Assembly: GCF_964194155.1 (NCBI RefSeq)
Contig: NC_135887.1
Coordinates: 87,048,001 to 87,112,000, forward strand
Source: Cetorhinus maximus
Lineage: Eukaryota
Length of the DNA stretch: 64,000 bases
Direction: 5' to 3'
Positions 10,751 to 23,601 of this stretch are shown here, piece after piece. The position numbers were made by a program, and so were the translations under genes. The notes below the pieces were generated by a model. The model saw only the letters and a program-made list of their open reading frames with translations, did no database searches and was not told the origin of the DNA. Every line of letters begins with the position of its first letter. Position 1 is the stretch's first letter.

Positions 10751-13700
10751 TGTATTTTACCCACAACTATTAGGGATTCCATCTAATACATTTTATTTAA
10801 TACGCTAGTGAATCTTTCTTACCTTTGCTTATGGTAAATCTGAGTATATAATGTTTGAGTATTATATCAGGGAATACACAATGTAATATAGCGCTACAGG
10901 GAAATGTGTGTAACTTGGTATTGCTCTTGAGACTTCCTTGAGTGGCCAAATACCAAGTGACTTTCTACCCTTCTTTGTGCCTCTGTTGTTTTCTGAATTA
11001 ATTGAACATGTCTCCTGCCTCTGGATGATCTGGGTTCTTGATCTAGTTCAAGTTGAAGTCTGCTGTTCTTGCAAAGTGCTGCTCTCATTTACTGGAGTGG
11101 CTGTGTCAACCCCACACAGGTTTAGCTCTGAGTTCCAGTTCCACTAGTAACTGTATGGGCTAACAATCTTTTAACATTTAAATCTTTGACCAACAGTGCT
11201 TTGCACTGCAATGACTCTAAAACTCCAACCTCTTTTACACCTGTCCAAATAGACAGTTGAGCCACACTTATAGGTGGTACTTTTCTTTCCAAAATATGAA
11301 TGTGGGTACTTAGAAACTGATCATTGAAACTTTGAAACTGGAGTAGGCCACTTAGTCCCTCAAGCCTGTTTTGCAATTTAGTAAGATCATGCTTGATATG
11401 CAACCTAACTGCATTTACTTGCCTTTGCCTCATATGTCCTAATGCCTTTGGCTAACAAAAATCTATCAATCTCAGTTTTAAAACTATCAGTTGATCTAGG
11501 ATATGGGTGTACCAACATGAGACTCGCAGAAGTCATGATAATCAATCATTTTATGATAAAATAATCCTTACTTTCTATCAGAAATACTTGTGAAGACACT
11601 TGAGTTACGTTACTGGCCCAAGTTCCTTCTGCCATCCATGGTGGTTTGCTAACAATAAAATGCTTTTAATCAGTTATTGTACTCTTTCTTAAAATTTGGG
11701 TTAAGGATGGACTTGATTAAATTATTTAGGTAAAAGTCATGGGCTATATCAACTGAACTCCCATTCACTGCTGTTTGAGGCTCACTCTGTCAACTTGAGC
11801 ACACAGTTTTTCTCCTTCCTCTTTTTGCCTGTGCTGATCATTTTAATCATTATCAAATCCTCCTTGTATCTGTGCCATTAATTTTCCCCTTCTTTGTCAG
11901 CCTATGTATTTCAACTTTATTTCACCATTAGCTTACTTTCACTAATGCAACAGTTCTAACTCAATCAACATCGTTCTGAACTTTTGTGCTCCTAGTGACT
12001 TCTATTTGCTTATGATACCTTTACTGTAAGATTTATATAGCCTGTTTGGCCCTGTGGATGATATTTATCCCATTTTAGCTGCCGTCAGTTGATAGGGTTT
12101 GGGTTGCTCTCAGGAATTTAACTTGTGTTCACAGCAAGTAGCAATAAGAAGAACAAGTGTTCTATGCATTGAATCAGCACCTTTATGGCAGTTAGTGGGT
12201 CTACAAGAATTACTGTTCTAATTGTGATATCAGCTAAATGCAGTAAGTACTACAGATACAGATTTGTCCTTTTTTATGTAATACAGAAATTCTTGTCACA
12301 GGCACATTGTGTGGTTATATAGAGAATCACTTAGGCACATTCTAAGATCATTGGTTTTTTTTGTGGCTGGGAAATTTTTTTGAAACCAGAAAATTACTTT
12401 TTTATACATCTTTAAAGAGTCTGATAAAAATTTGTATGTATGACTAGAAACACCTTTGTATAGTTTACTTGTATATAATATATATCTTCCTAACTCTGCT
12501 AACTTGCTTAATTACAGAAACATCCTCATTATATTTGTGGAAAGGAGTGTAATGTTATACCTATTAGCAGATTATCTTGAATCTTTAACTTTTGCCATTT
12601 ATATATTTATTATATTTGTATCAGTTTTTTTAAAACTGTCCTCATTTAAAGCACTTTCTTAGCAAAATTAAAGCTTATTTTTTAATGAAATCTAAGATTT
12701 TGTTTTTAAATACTTTGGAAAAAATCTTGGTAACATAACCTGGACCCCCTGCTTGGAATACTAATGATTGGAGCCTCCATTACGCTAATATATTTAGGAC
12801 CAGCAATAGGCCATTCAGCCGCTCTAGTCTGTTCTTCCCTTCACTGAGATCATGGCTAGTCTGCAACCTATTCCATATGGCCTTTGGCCCATATCCTTAA
12901 GATTTTTGTTAACCAAAAGCATTATCGAGCTTAGATTTAAAATAAACAGCAATTGAAGTTAGGCCAATTGCTAGTGGAAGAGATTTCATAACTACTACTA
13001 CTACCCTTTGTGTATGGAAGTGTTTCCTAATTTCACTCCTGAGAGATCTGGTTCTAATTCTTAGGTTATAGGCCTTAATCCTAAACTTCTCAACCAGCTT
13101 CTACTGAGATACACAAAGGGCTTAACAGATTTGATAGAATTGTATGACATACACTCAAAAACATGTTTATGGTGTGATGGAGGCAACCTTTTTCCTTTTT
13201 CTACATTTTTATTACAAAAAATCTGAAAGATACATTTCATGTGGAGTACGCAAGTAGTTTGCACTGTGACATAAATGTTGAATGGTGTGCCCCGAACCAG
13301 TACTACTGCTATACCACATGTGGCAGAGTCTGCAGATTTGTGTATTAGACTTAACAGCCATTTCAGAACCCATCGAACCAAGAGTGGAAGCAAGTCATCC
13401 TTTATTTGAAGGAACCGCCTAAGAGACTACTGCCAGAAATTATATGCATGGTCTATTGGAATTCTCTTGTGCAAGAAGGGTATGGGTGAGCCACACTCAT
13501 GGCTATCTGAGTAACCTGTCAAATTCTATCATCCAGAAATCTTACACGTGCTTCTAAGAAGAACACAAGCATAAGGAATAGGGAGCTACAACTTTGGTGG
13601 AACTGGCTAAAGATTCAAAGAGATGGCCCTTAATTTCATCCTTTGCATTTCAACTGCCCCAGCTTCTTTTCAAGTAACTTTCCACATCTCACATTAAACT

Positions 13701-13917
13701 AGACATTGCATTTTCTTTCCTTAATGTTTGCAGCTGAATCCTGCCTGCCATTTTTAATCCTCACACCAATTCATGTTTATTAACTTGTTCCCAGTGATGC
13801 CGACTGATCTTTGTTACTTTCACTGACAATTTACTTTTCCAAGTGATTTGAAAAATGCTGGTGGAGCCAATGAAGGTCAGGTAGTAGGGGCTGGAGACCA
13901 CAGAGGAATGAAGCAAA

Positions 13918-14824
13918 TGTCATGAAAATATAATAATTTTCATATTATTGTGATTTATTGTAAAGATAGGTTAATAGTGGGGTTCAGATTGGTTTCTGTG
14001 TGGGTGGGTGTGTGTGTGGGGGCATTTAATTGAATTGGAGACAGTTGGCCTGGCGCCTTTGAGTTATCAAAAGGGAAGCTAGGTTTGAAATGCTAAATAT
14101 GTAAACATGGCTGAGGTTTTAGAATGTGAGGTGTGAGGAACATTTGCATTTTTAGATAAAGTAGGTTAGTTTGAATTTCAAAGAGATGGTAAGATGTTAG
14201 ACCTAGCCATAAGAAGCTAAGCCAAACAGTTTGTTTTTCCCAAAGGTTACTGATAATATAAATCTTTCATAGTACTCATTTATGAGAAAAGGAAAGTTGC
14301 AAATACATATTGGAACAATGGAATTGAAAAGGGGGAAACATGTATAAAGGAGATGAGGTTGTGTGTAAGGGGGAAGGCACTTTTTTTTAAAAAAAAACAC
14401 AAGTGTGAAAAGCCTCCAGCCCTTCTGCAACAAGTTGTTGCCTACAGGAACTGAAGCTAATAAAACTCACTTTGAATATCACTGTCCAGTGTATTGTGTG
14501 CTTTGCCTGGGTCTTTTTAACTCCATTTGTTTTACTGTTCCCTTAACAGAGGTGTAACTGGGAGCCAGATTAATTAGGAGATTTAGGAGTTAGTATAGTA
14601 GTAATTTGTAGACCTATGTATGTGCTTAAGACATTTTCTTTTATTAATAAACGATTAATTTAGTTTTGTGAAAAAAACCTCTAAGTCTCGGTGGACTTAT
14701 TGCTACTGAATTCAAGGCATGCATCTCGAAATAAAATACAAATTGCAAACAGTTGTGGCAGCTGTTTTCAGATTCCCTCTGGGACTTGAGCAGCTCGGCA
14801 TTTACCATCCGCTGTTCCATAACA
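13918..14824 (+). mobile_element. Solo LTR (907 bp), Gypsy-type
   Basis: Termini TGTCATG...CATAACA, a 4-bp target-site duplication CAAA (13914-13917 and 14825-14828), and an internal AATAAA near 14645. Confidence 0.75.
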
Positions 14825-15429
14825 CAAATATGAGGGCAGAAAGCCACAAGCCTAAGGAGAGGTAGTGGCCTGGCAGAGTTAAGAGTAGGGGCATGGGCTG
14901 CTGGCCCAGGAAAAGGAAAAGAGGTAGGATGAGGCTGGGAAGGAGTTGGTGTAGGTGAGAGGGTTGCAGGCCCAAAGATAAAAATATTAACATTTTAAAA
15001 ATTTAGCAGAGACAATAGAGAGGAGTTGAGAAGTGGTCAGTTTAGTGGGGAAGGCTGCAAAAGGCAATTGTGCTTTCAAAGTTTAAAAAATAAAATTTTG
15101 CTAATTGCAGTGTAACCTCAAATAGATATAAGGGAAACAATGCAAGAGTAATGGTGTCACCTATGATGGGAAGACTGAAAGGTAAGTATGCATTGTTTGG
15201 CTTGTTAGGAATAGGTATGAAGAAAAGTGATGCAGCCAACACTAAAATCATTACACAGGAAGTAAGTATGATACACACATACACAAGTCAAAACCAATAC
15301 TGAAAAGTTTCATCTTAATTTTGTCAAAGAATGTGTTGATGGTATACCCTAGAACAGTAGGCTGTAGAAGCTGTGGTTATAATAACAGAGATTGAAAATT
15401 AATAGATGTAAAATGCGGATTAATGGATT

Positions 15430-16750
15430 AAAAGACGTGGTAATGGAACACTTGGAAAGCATTAACAGGATTAGACAAAGTCAGCATGGGTTTATGAAAG
15501 GGAAAACATGCTTGACTTGGAGTTTTTTGAGGATGTAACTAGTAGAATAGATAAGGGAGAACCAGTGGATGTGGCATATTTGGATTTCAAGAAGGCTTTT
15601 GATAAGGTCCCACATAAGAGGCTAGTGGGCAAAATTTAAAGCACATGGAATCAGGGGTAATATACTGGCATGAATTGTGAATTGGTTGACAGACCAGAAA
15701 CAGAGGGTGGGAATAAATGGTTCTTTTTCTGGGTGGCAGGCAGTGACTCATGGTGTACCACGGCGATCGGTGCTTGGGCCCCAGCTAGTCACGATATATA
15801 TAAAATGACTTGGATGAGGAAACCAAATGCAATATTTCCAAGTTTGCTGATGACACAAAGCTGGGCGAGGTTGTGAGGAGAATGCAAGGAGGCTTCGGGG
15901 CGATTTAGACAAATTGTGTGTGGGCAAACACATGGCAGATGCATTATAACGTTGATAAATGTGAAGTTATACTCAGTGTGAAAAACACAAAGGCAGAGTA
16001 TTATTTAAATGGTGTTATATTGGGAAATGTGGATATATAAAGGGATCTGGGTGTCCTTGTACACCAGTCAATGAAAGTAAACAGGCAGGTGCAGCAAGCA
16101 ATTAGAAAAGCAAATGATATGTTGGCCTTCATTGCAAGAGGGTTTGAGCTCAGAAGTAGGGATGTCTTACTGCAGTTATACAAGGCCTTGGTGAGATCAC
16201 ACCTGGAGTATTGTGTGCAGTTTTGGTCTCCCTACCTAAGAAAGGATATACTTGCAATAGAGGGAGTGTAGCGAAGGGTCGCTAGGCTGATACTGAGGAT
16301 GTCAGGACTGTTGTATGAGGAGAGATTGGTTCGACTGGGCCTGCATTCACTAGAGTTTAGAAGAATGAGAGGGGATCTGATTGAAACGTATAAAATTCTA
16401 ATGGGGCTAGACAGACCAGGTGAAGGGAGGATGTTTTCGCTGGTTGAGGAGTCTAGAACCAGGGGCCACAGTCTCATGATGTGGGGCAGGCCATTTAGGT
16501 CTGAGATGAGGTAAAAATTCTTCACTCAGGGTGGTCAACCTGCGGAATTCTCTACCACAGAAGGCTGTGGAGGCTGGGTCACTGAGTATATTCAAGAAAG
16601 AAATTGATAAATTTTTGGATATTAGGGGCATCAAGGGGTATGGAGAGAAAGAGGGAATATGGTGTTGAGATAGAGGATCAGCCATGATCATATGGAAGGG
16701 CAGAGCAGGCTTGAATGGCCTACCCCTGCTCCTAGTTTTTTTGTTTCCAT
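15430..16750 (+). mobile_element. 5'-truncated CR1 LINE, same family as 655-5250
   Basis: Contains SQHGFMKGK, YLDFKKAFDKVPH, KFADDTK and LYKALVRSHLEYCVQFWSP..RRMRGDLIETYK, followed by a CR1 3' UTR. Confidence 0.9.
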
Positions 16751-16984
16751 AAACTGGAGACATTTAAATTATGGCAAAGTGTTTTTTTATATTAAAAGCA
16801 ATTATAACAGGAAAATTAAATTTGCATTATACAAAGTACATGCATCACTATTTACTGTCAACACTGAAAGGCTACTGATAAATATTGCAATAGAGCTAAG
16901 CAGGTACCAATGAATTAATAAATCAATTTGACAGCTACCCTGCATCAGCAAATTCCATCATTAGCATTTGAACACAAAAATCAA

Positions 16985-17350
16985 CACTGATGCTCCACTG
17001 CGCTACTGAGGGAGTGCTGCACTGTCTAAGGTGCTGCCTTTTGGATGAGACATTAAATTGAGGTCCTATTTCTGATCTCCAGTTGACGTAAATGATGCCT
17101 TGGCACTCTTTTGAAGATCAGAGGAGCTATTCCCAATGTCTTGCCTAATCTTTATCCCTCAACCAAAATCACAATTACAGATCATCTGGTCAATATCACA
17201 TTGTTGATTGAGGGAGTTGTGTGCAAATTGGCTGCCCTGTTTCTGATTACAGTGACTAACTACACTTTGTATAGTACTTCATTGGATGGAAAGTGTTTTG
17301 GGACGCCCTGTGGTTATGAAAGGTGCTATATAAATGCAAGCCTTTTTATT
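16985..17350 (+). mobile_element. DeuSINE-like SINE (Deu domain plus L2-like tail)
   Basis: gagggagtgctgcactgtctaaggtgctgccttttggatgagacattaaa resembles the recalled Deu domain. Tail: gaaaggtgctatataaatgcaag. Confidence 0.65.
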
Positions 17351-17902
17351 TTCTTCATTGCTGTTATTTGGCTTATGTTATTTCAGTGAGTCCTAAATCA
17401 AATGTTAAGATGTCTGGAAGCTCCTGAGAAAAGAAGATACACTATTTGGCTTAAATGAAGGTGAGTGGGAGAAGACTTGTGTAGAGCATAAACACCGGCA
17501 TAAACCATTTGAGCTGTCCCACTGTCATCAATCAAAACAAAATGATTTTATAAAAGGAATGGCCTGTTTTTGTGCTATACATTATAGAGCAAAGTTTTCG
17601 GTGGCGGTACTTGATCACGTGAAGATTCTGAGCATCACGAGAAGATTCCGATGGATATCCGCACTATGTTGTGTACTTATTACAAATTTCCAGTCTTCCT
17701 TTTATTATTAATAGACGTCCAATTGTTTCAATCAACAAATGGTGTTGAGTTTAAAGTCCTGAAGTATTTTCCTCATCTTTACTGGGGAAAGGAATTTGTC
17801 TTCCCCATGGTTAGGGGGCGCTCTCCTGTCGGGGTGCAGCAGTTCCTGGAAATGACATTGCGCAGAATGACGGGATACTGGAGGACTCCTCATGTCGCAG
17901 AG

Positions 17903-17918
17903 ATGGTGCTGCGGAAAG
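17903..17918 (+). CDS. TMEM80: TMEM80 coding exon 1 (MVLRK, phase 1)
   Basis: gagATGG Kozak-like context in a locally CpG-enriched patch, with donor AAG|gtgagc. The phase fits exon 2. In-frame upstream ATGs exist, so the start is not certain. Confidence 0.72.
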
Positions 17919-17937
17919 GTGAGCGAGCAGTGGACGC

Positions 17938-17951
17938 GTTGCTATCGCAAC
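17938..17951. promoter_or_regulatory. RFX X-box candidate GTTGCTATCGCAAC
   Basis: Near-palindromic match to the X-box consensus GTTRCYATRGYAAC, 20 nt into intron 1 of a ciliary-family gene. Confidence 0.65.
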
Positions 17952-18210
17952 CAAAGTGTTCTTCATCTCCCAAATAACTTCACAATAATAAGATTGAGTT
18001 TAAAATGTTGGGTTTGTAAGCGATTTTAGTCGGAGCCGCATCCACTGAGAAAGTTGGTTTAATTTTACAGAGCCGAAGTTCGCCTCTCCTGCACATTGTA
18101 AAATGAATTGTTTAAACACTTTGAGGCTCTGTCCAAATGATTTGGGGATCTCGCTTTTTTTTTTAATGGCGAATCAGACATGCATAAATATGCCCCAGTT
18201 AAAAGCCGAT

Positions 18211-18300
18211 GGTCGGAATTTTCCAGTCTCCCCCTTCGCGGTGGGGCCAGCGAACCATTGACATCTCCGTTCACCTCGGTGGGACTGGAAAATTTCAGCT
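18211..18300. mobile_element. 90-bp MITE with TIRs and a 3-bp TSD
   Basis: ggtcggaattttccagtc...gactggaaaatttcagct, flanked by gat/gat. Confidence 0.6.
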
Positions 18301-19017
18301 GATGTCGTTGAGATTGTAAAGGGAATGAAATAGATAGAGGAGAAGCTAAAATACTTCCAATCCAGAGTTATTTTTTATTTCTGAAATAAAGTGGATTTCA
18401 ATTTTCTTGTGGAGTGTGTGCTGCCTCTCGAAGTTACTGTTTCAGAAGGCAAGGTATTGAAGGGCAGGATACAGATTCATGTATGAGAACCCCAAAACCT
18501 CTTCTGTACGTTCCTAATATAAACATTGCAATTGGAGCGAAGTTACAAGCAGAGATGAACTCTCTCCTACTGTGTAAAAAAGGTAAAGTCAGCGTAAATT
18601 GCCGAAGATGTTTGTAGTGTGTCACTGAAGGGAGTCTGGGAATAATTTGCCTGAGCACTGACATGGATGAGGAAAATATTTGAAAAAGCTCAAGAAAAAT
18701 GCAAAAGAGTTCAGCAAATTTTATACTATATTGACCTGAATTGCTGAAAAAAACTAAGCCGTGCAATTAAAGGAATCTGCACAACCAAACTTTTTTAAAA
18801 ATTCATTCATGGGGTGTGGGCGTTGCTGGCTAGGCCAGCATCTATTGCCCATCCCTAATTGCCCTTGAGAAGGTGGTGTTGAACTGCCTTTTTGAACTGC
18901 TACAGTCTATGTGGTGCAGGTACACCCACTGTGCTGTTAGGGAGGGAGTTCCAGGATTTTGACCCACTTAGGCTGTGTCTGGAGAGAACATTTTGAGCTG
19001 AACAATATTAGGGTTAA

Positions 19018-20360
19018 AAACAAAAAGCTAAAAGCTACTGCGGATGCTGGAAATCCAAAACAAAAACAGAATTACCTGGAAAAACTCAGCAAGTCTGGCA
19101 GCATCGGCGGAGAAGAAATCAGTTAACGTTTCGAGCCTTCATGGCCCTTCGGCAGAACTGCAGCATAGTTTCAACAAGGGAGAAATATAAATTGGTTTAA
19201 GGTGGGTGGGGGGGGGGGAAGAGAATGTGTCTCTTCCCCCCCCCCCACCCACCTTAAACCAATTTATATTTCTCCCTTGTTGAAACTATGCTGCAGTTCT
19301 GCCGAAGGGCCATGAAGGCTCGAAACGTTAACTGATTTCTTCTCCGCCGATGCTGCCAGACTTGCTGAGTTTTTCCAGGTAATTCTGTTTTTGTTTTTAA
19401 TATTAGGGTTAAGTCTTCTTCGGTCTGTCTGCAAGCATTACCCAGACCTCCCTGTCGCTTGCCATCTTCCCCCCCCCCCCACCCACCTTAAACCAATTTA
19501 TATTTCTCCCTTGTTGAAACTATGCTGCAGTTCTGCCGAAGGGCCATGAAGGCTCGAAACGTTAACTGATTTCTTCTCCGCCGATGCTGCCAGACTTGCT
19601 GAGTTTTTCCAGGTAATTCTGTTTTTGTTTTTAATATTAGGGTTAAGTCTTCTTCGGTCTGTCTGCAAGCATTACCCAGACCTCCCTGTCGCTTGCCATT
19701 TCAACACTCCACCCTGCTCTCATGCCCACATGTCCATCCTTGGCTTGCTGCATTGTTCCAGTGAAGCTCAACACAAACTGGAGGAACAGCACCTCATCTT
19801 CCGACTAGGCACTTTACAGCCTTCCGGACTGAATATTGAGTTGAACAATTTTAGATCATGAACTCTCTCCTCCATCCCCACCCCCTTTCCGATTTTCCAA
19901 TAATTTATATAGATTTTTCTTTTCCCACCTATTTCCATTATTTTTAAATGTATTTCCATCCATTGTTTTATCTCTACCTTTTAGTCTTTTTCGATTCCTT
20001 CACCCCACCCCACCCCCACTAGGGCTATCTGTACCTTGCTCGTCCTGCTTACTACTCTTGATTAGCACGTTCCTTTAGGTAATATCAACATCTCTTTGTC
20101 CTTTTGTCTGTGACATCTTTTGGTTATCTCTACCTATCACTGGCCCTCTATCCAGCTGTTCTTGTCCCACCCCCCCTTAAACCAGCTTATATTTCACCCC
20201 TTTTCTATTTTTCCTTAGTTCTGTTGAAGAGTCATGCGGACTCGAAACGTTAACTGTGCACCTCTCCACAGATGCTGCCAGACCTGCTGAGTTTTTCCAG
20301 GTATTTTTGTTTTTGTTTTTGTTTTGGATTTCCAGCATCCGCAGTTTTTTGCTTTTATCT
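19018..20360. mobile_element. Composite Penelope-like insertion: GIY-YIG C-terminus, terminal repeats, perfect hairpin and tandem duplication
   Basis: PVACHFN..MSILGL..KLEEQHLIFRLGTLQPSGLNIE (19650-19861) is a Penelope-like endonuclease end. Inverted arms are 19057-19224 and 19230-19397. A direct repeat spans ~19232-19464 and 19465-19698. Confidence 0.85.
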
Positions 20361-20555
20361 TAGGGTTAAGTCTAATGGTTGCAGTTCTGCCACTTGTGCT
20401 GGTAGAGGGTGAACAATTTAAGATGTTAAATTTAAAATCATAAGTGCACTGGATAAAATTAAAGTGCATTCGCTCAATTATTTCTTTTCCCTTTAGTGTA
20501 TTGGTACAAATTGATATTAAATGTAATCTTATACACTGTCTATTTTTCTTTACAG

Positions 20556-20572
20556 TGAAATCTGCTGCTGTT
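20556..20572 (+). CDS. TMEM80: TMEM80 coding exon 2, 17-nt microexon (V-KSAAV)
   Basis: U2 acceptor tatttttctttacag| followed by the U12 donor |GTATCCTTT. It bridges phase-1 exon 1 to phase-0 exon 3 exactly. Confidence 0.82.
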
Positions 20573-20899
20573 GTATCCTTTGGGTGGCACAGTACGTTTT
20601 ATACCAATTTCGGGAGCTGACATCTTGTAGTCCAGCTCATTTCAGCTCTCTCAAAGGCAGGAATTTTAATACAAAATTTATTCCCAAATGTACAAAGGGT
20701 CGTTAACATTTGGGGTTGGTGGGGCTGATTGAGGAGTCTACTTGTGAGTGAGTGAAGGAAGAGTTCTTTTTCAGAGAGAAGACATTCTGTCTTCTAGTCT
20801 TCCACTTAGTGTTTTTTTTATTATTTCACCCATTTTTAAGTAGTACAGAAACATTTTCTGTCAGTTATTGCTCTTTTCTTTCTAACTCTTGCATTTTTT

Positions 20900-21320
20900 T
20901 ATTTGTTCCTGGGATGTGAGTATCTCTGGCATGGTTAGCATCCCTAATTGCCCTTGAGTAGGAGATGATGAGCCACCATCTTTAATCACCACAGTTCATC
21001 TGGTGTAGATACATTCACAGTGCTAGGACGGAGGGAGTTCTAGGATTTTGACCCAGTGGTAGTGAAGAAACAGTGACATAGTTCGAGTCAGAGTGATGTG
21101 TAGCTTGGAGGGAACTTGCAGGTGTGGCTGTTCCCATATGCCTGCTGCCCTTGTTCTTCTAGGTGGTAGAGATTTTAGGTATGGAAGGTGTTGTTGAAGA
21201 AGCTTTGGCAAGTTGCTGCAGTGCATCTTGTAGATGGTATGTACTGCTGCCACTGTGAGCCGGTAGTGGAGGGGGTTAATGTTTAAGGTGGTAGATGGGG
21301 TATTGATCAAGTGGGATACA
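20900..21320 (-). mobile_element. Family-B LINE 3' fragment
   Basis: LNINPLHYRLTVAAVHTIYKMHCSNLPKLLQQHLP; homologous to 48320-48860 and 55170-55680. Confidence 0.75.
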
Positions 21321-21897
21321 CAGGTTAAAATATATACACATGGCTACAAATTACTATCATAACTTTTAACAAATTCCCAAACTAATCTCCATTAAGGCAA
21401 CAGCAACCCATAGACTTAACCAAACACCAGGCAAAGCATTTTCACCTTATGAATTCGAAATGAGATTCTTTTAACTGTGGAACCAGTTGGAGGCGTACAG
21501 CTGCCTTTTGATCTTACATTGCCTCTGCTCTGCACACCCGAAAACTGCTGAAGTTATACCTGCCACCACTGATTGAATTCAAATTCTCATTGTCTCACCA
21601 GCCTCTTTGAATGTCACCTTTTAACAATGAAACCCCTTTCATTGTACCAATTTTATTAGTAATATAAACATATTGCTTGGTAGCTGCTAGAAAGGCGTCA
21701 GTTTACACCCCACTTCTTGAATGCTCTATTTAAGAAATGCAAATGCACACTATTTCCCTTTCATATCAAAACTAGTACACATCAAAGCACCCAGACTAGC
21801 TGTCTTTAATCCAATTAAGACACACCCACAGATTAAACCTCTATTTTAAAAGAAAAACATTTTCCAAAATATTATATACATTAATAGCTTCATGACA
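21320..21897 (-). mobile_element. Partial LTR related to 13918-14824
   Basis: Ends in ..ttcatgaca, the reverse complement of tgtcatgaa.., with similar AT-rich internal sequence. Confidence 0.45.
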
Positions 21898-23320
21898 AAT
21901 GAATTATTTTTATTTATGAGCAACCTCAGTTTGATTTTGATCCTCCTCAAAATCTACCTTTTTACACATTCCTTTTGTTATCTAACTATTCTGCTGCCTG
22001 TCATTTGTTTTAAGTTTGGGAATGGCTTTGGGACATTTACTTAAAAGAGTTCTATCATTGCAAGTTATTGATCCATTATGGTAAGTGGCAGCAGACTGTT
22101 TCACCGTGGAGAGTCAAATTCAATCCTGTCCTTAACTGATACACTTTCCAGCAGGGGCCATTGGAACTGGGAATTATGGCTGATTTTTGCCTCCCAAAAC
22201 AAGAAAGCTAAGATCAATTGTATCAGCACTGCTGCCAACTGAATTGATAACATTTAACTAAGCACAGACCTGAGATTGAAACTGGGCCTACCTCCTGCAC
22301 ATAATACCCACACTAGAAGATGTATTAAACCATCAAGTCACCTCTCAAAATTATTTTTTAAAATCTAGTAGGCAGTATTAAGCAGAAATTCTTTTTAATA
22401 CTCCTGAGTAGGTTGATTGAATAATCTCCTCCCTGGGAATAGCATTTTCTATTTTAAATCCCATTTTCAGGAATGAGGAATAGAATTCTCAGTGATCTTT
22501 TGGACTAAACTTGAAAGGCTTTAGTATGGGATTTTATCTCTGTAACTGAATTACAAAGACAGAAAAAGTAAAATATTTTTAAGTCACTGGTGGTTTTCGC
22601 CTGTTTCTTGCACAGAACAAAGGCTGCTGTTGTGGTACTTACAGCAGTTTACAATTTTTAGCAAATTAGGTTGCCATATTTTACCAATCTTCTTAATTCA
22701 TTTTTGCTTTATGTGCAACATTAGCAAGGCCATCATTTATTGCCCATCTCTAGTTGCCATTGAGATGATGGTGGTGGTGGTCGGCCACCTTCTTGAACCA
22801 CTGCCATCCATGTGGTGAAGGTACTTCTACGATGCTATTAGGTAGGAGAGCTCCAGAATTTTGACCCAGAAATCTTGAAAATCTGGCAAGTTCAGAACAT
22901 GGACTGACAGTGGAACAAAGACAGATTTAGGATGGAATCATGGCTTTATCTGACTCCTGATTTTTGCCTTTTGATGATGAAAAGCCAGCAGAAGTCCAAA
23001 GACATAAATAACAACTTTGCATTGGGTGATTTCTTTTGCTATGTGCTATGAAAACATAAATCATTTTCTGCACTCACATTTATGATTTCAATGCATTTAA
23101 TGTGCAGCAGAATTTTTTTCCCCTTGTTGTAAAACACAGAAATTAGTTGGAAAAAATGGACTTCAGATTTAAAAAATAGACTTTTGTTCTCCAGTTTATC
23201 GCTTCATTGTTTCCAGATGCCAGGTCAGAAATCCTGGGTGAGAACTCAGGACACTTGATCCCCTAAAATTGATATTTATAGTTATCATTGCAGCAATATT
23301 CCTTAACCAGATTGCAACAG

Positions 23321-23414
23321 CTTTCCTCCATCCCTCTACAGATAGTTTACTATTTCAACATGTTTTATTATTCTTTTTATTTTCTTGCTACTTTGCTAAT
23401 GATTATCTACAAAA
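23321..23414 (+). CDS. TMEM80: TMEM80 coding exon 3 (94 nt)
   Basis: [31 protein letters not shown] matches recalled human [31 protein letters not shown]. Donor A|gtaagt. Confidence 0.92.
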
Positions 23415-23508
23415 GTAAGTTTTAACTTATAACTATTTTGCTATAACTATTTATACACATGATATTTAGAACATTGAGTCCGGGAATTATTTTCTTTTCA
23501 TGTTTTAG

Positions 23509-23601
23509 GTCAAGCATTCAGTTTCCCAGATGGTAATCTGGCCTTTGATCTGATTCTTCTGATTCTCATGGTAATTCTGGAAATGATGAGGCTATATCTG
23601 G
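23509..23601 (+). CDS. TMEM80: TMEM80 coding exon 4 (93 nt)
   Basis: Acceptor tgttttag|; encodes SQAFSFPDGNLAFDLILLILMVILEMMRLYL; donor G|gtaaga. Confidence 0.92.

Larger units (their letters stand above)
20573..23320 (+). other. TMEM80: U12-type (minor spliceosome) GT-AG intron of TMEM80
   Basis: 5' splice site GTATCCTTT at 20573. Branch site TTCCTTAAC at 23299-23307, 13 nt before the intron end (CAG|23321), with no polypyrimidine tract. Confidence 0.88.

Noticed and set aside
17651-17977. 108-aa ORF as a standalone gene
   Set aside because: It overlaps TMEM80 exon 1 in frame and reads through the donor. At most it indicates a possible N-terminal extension.
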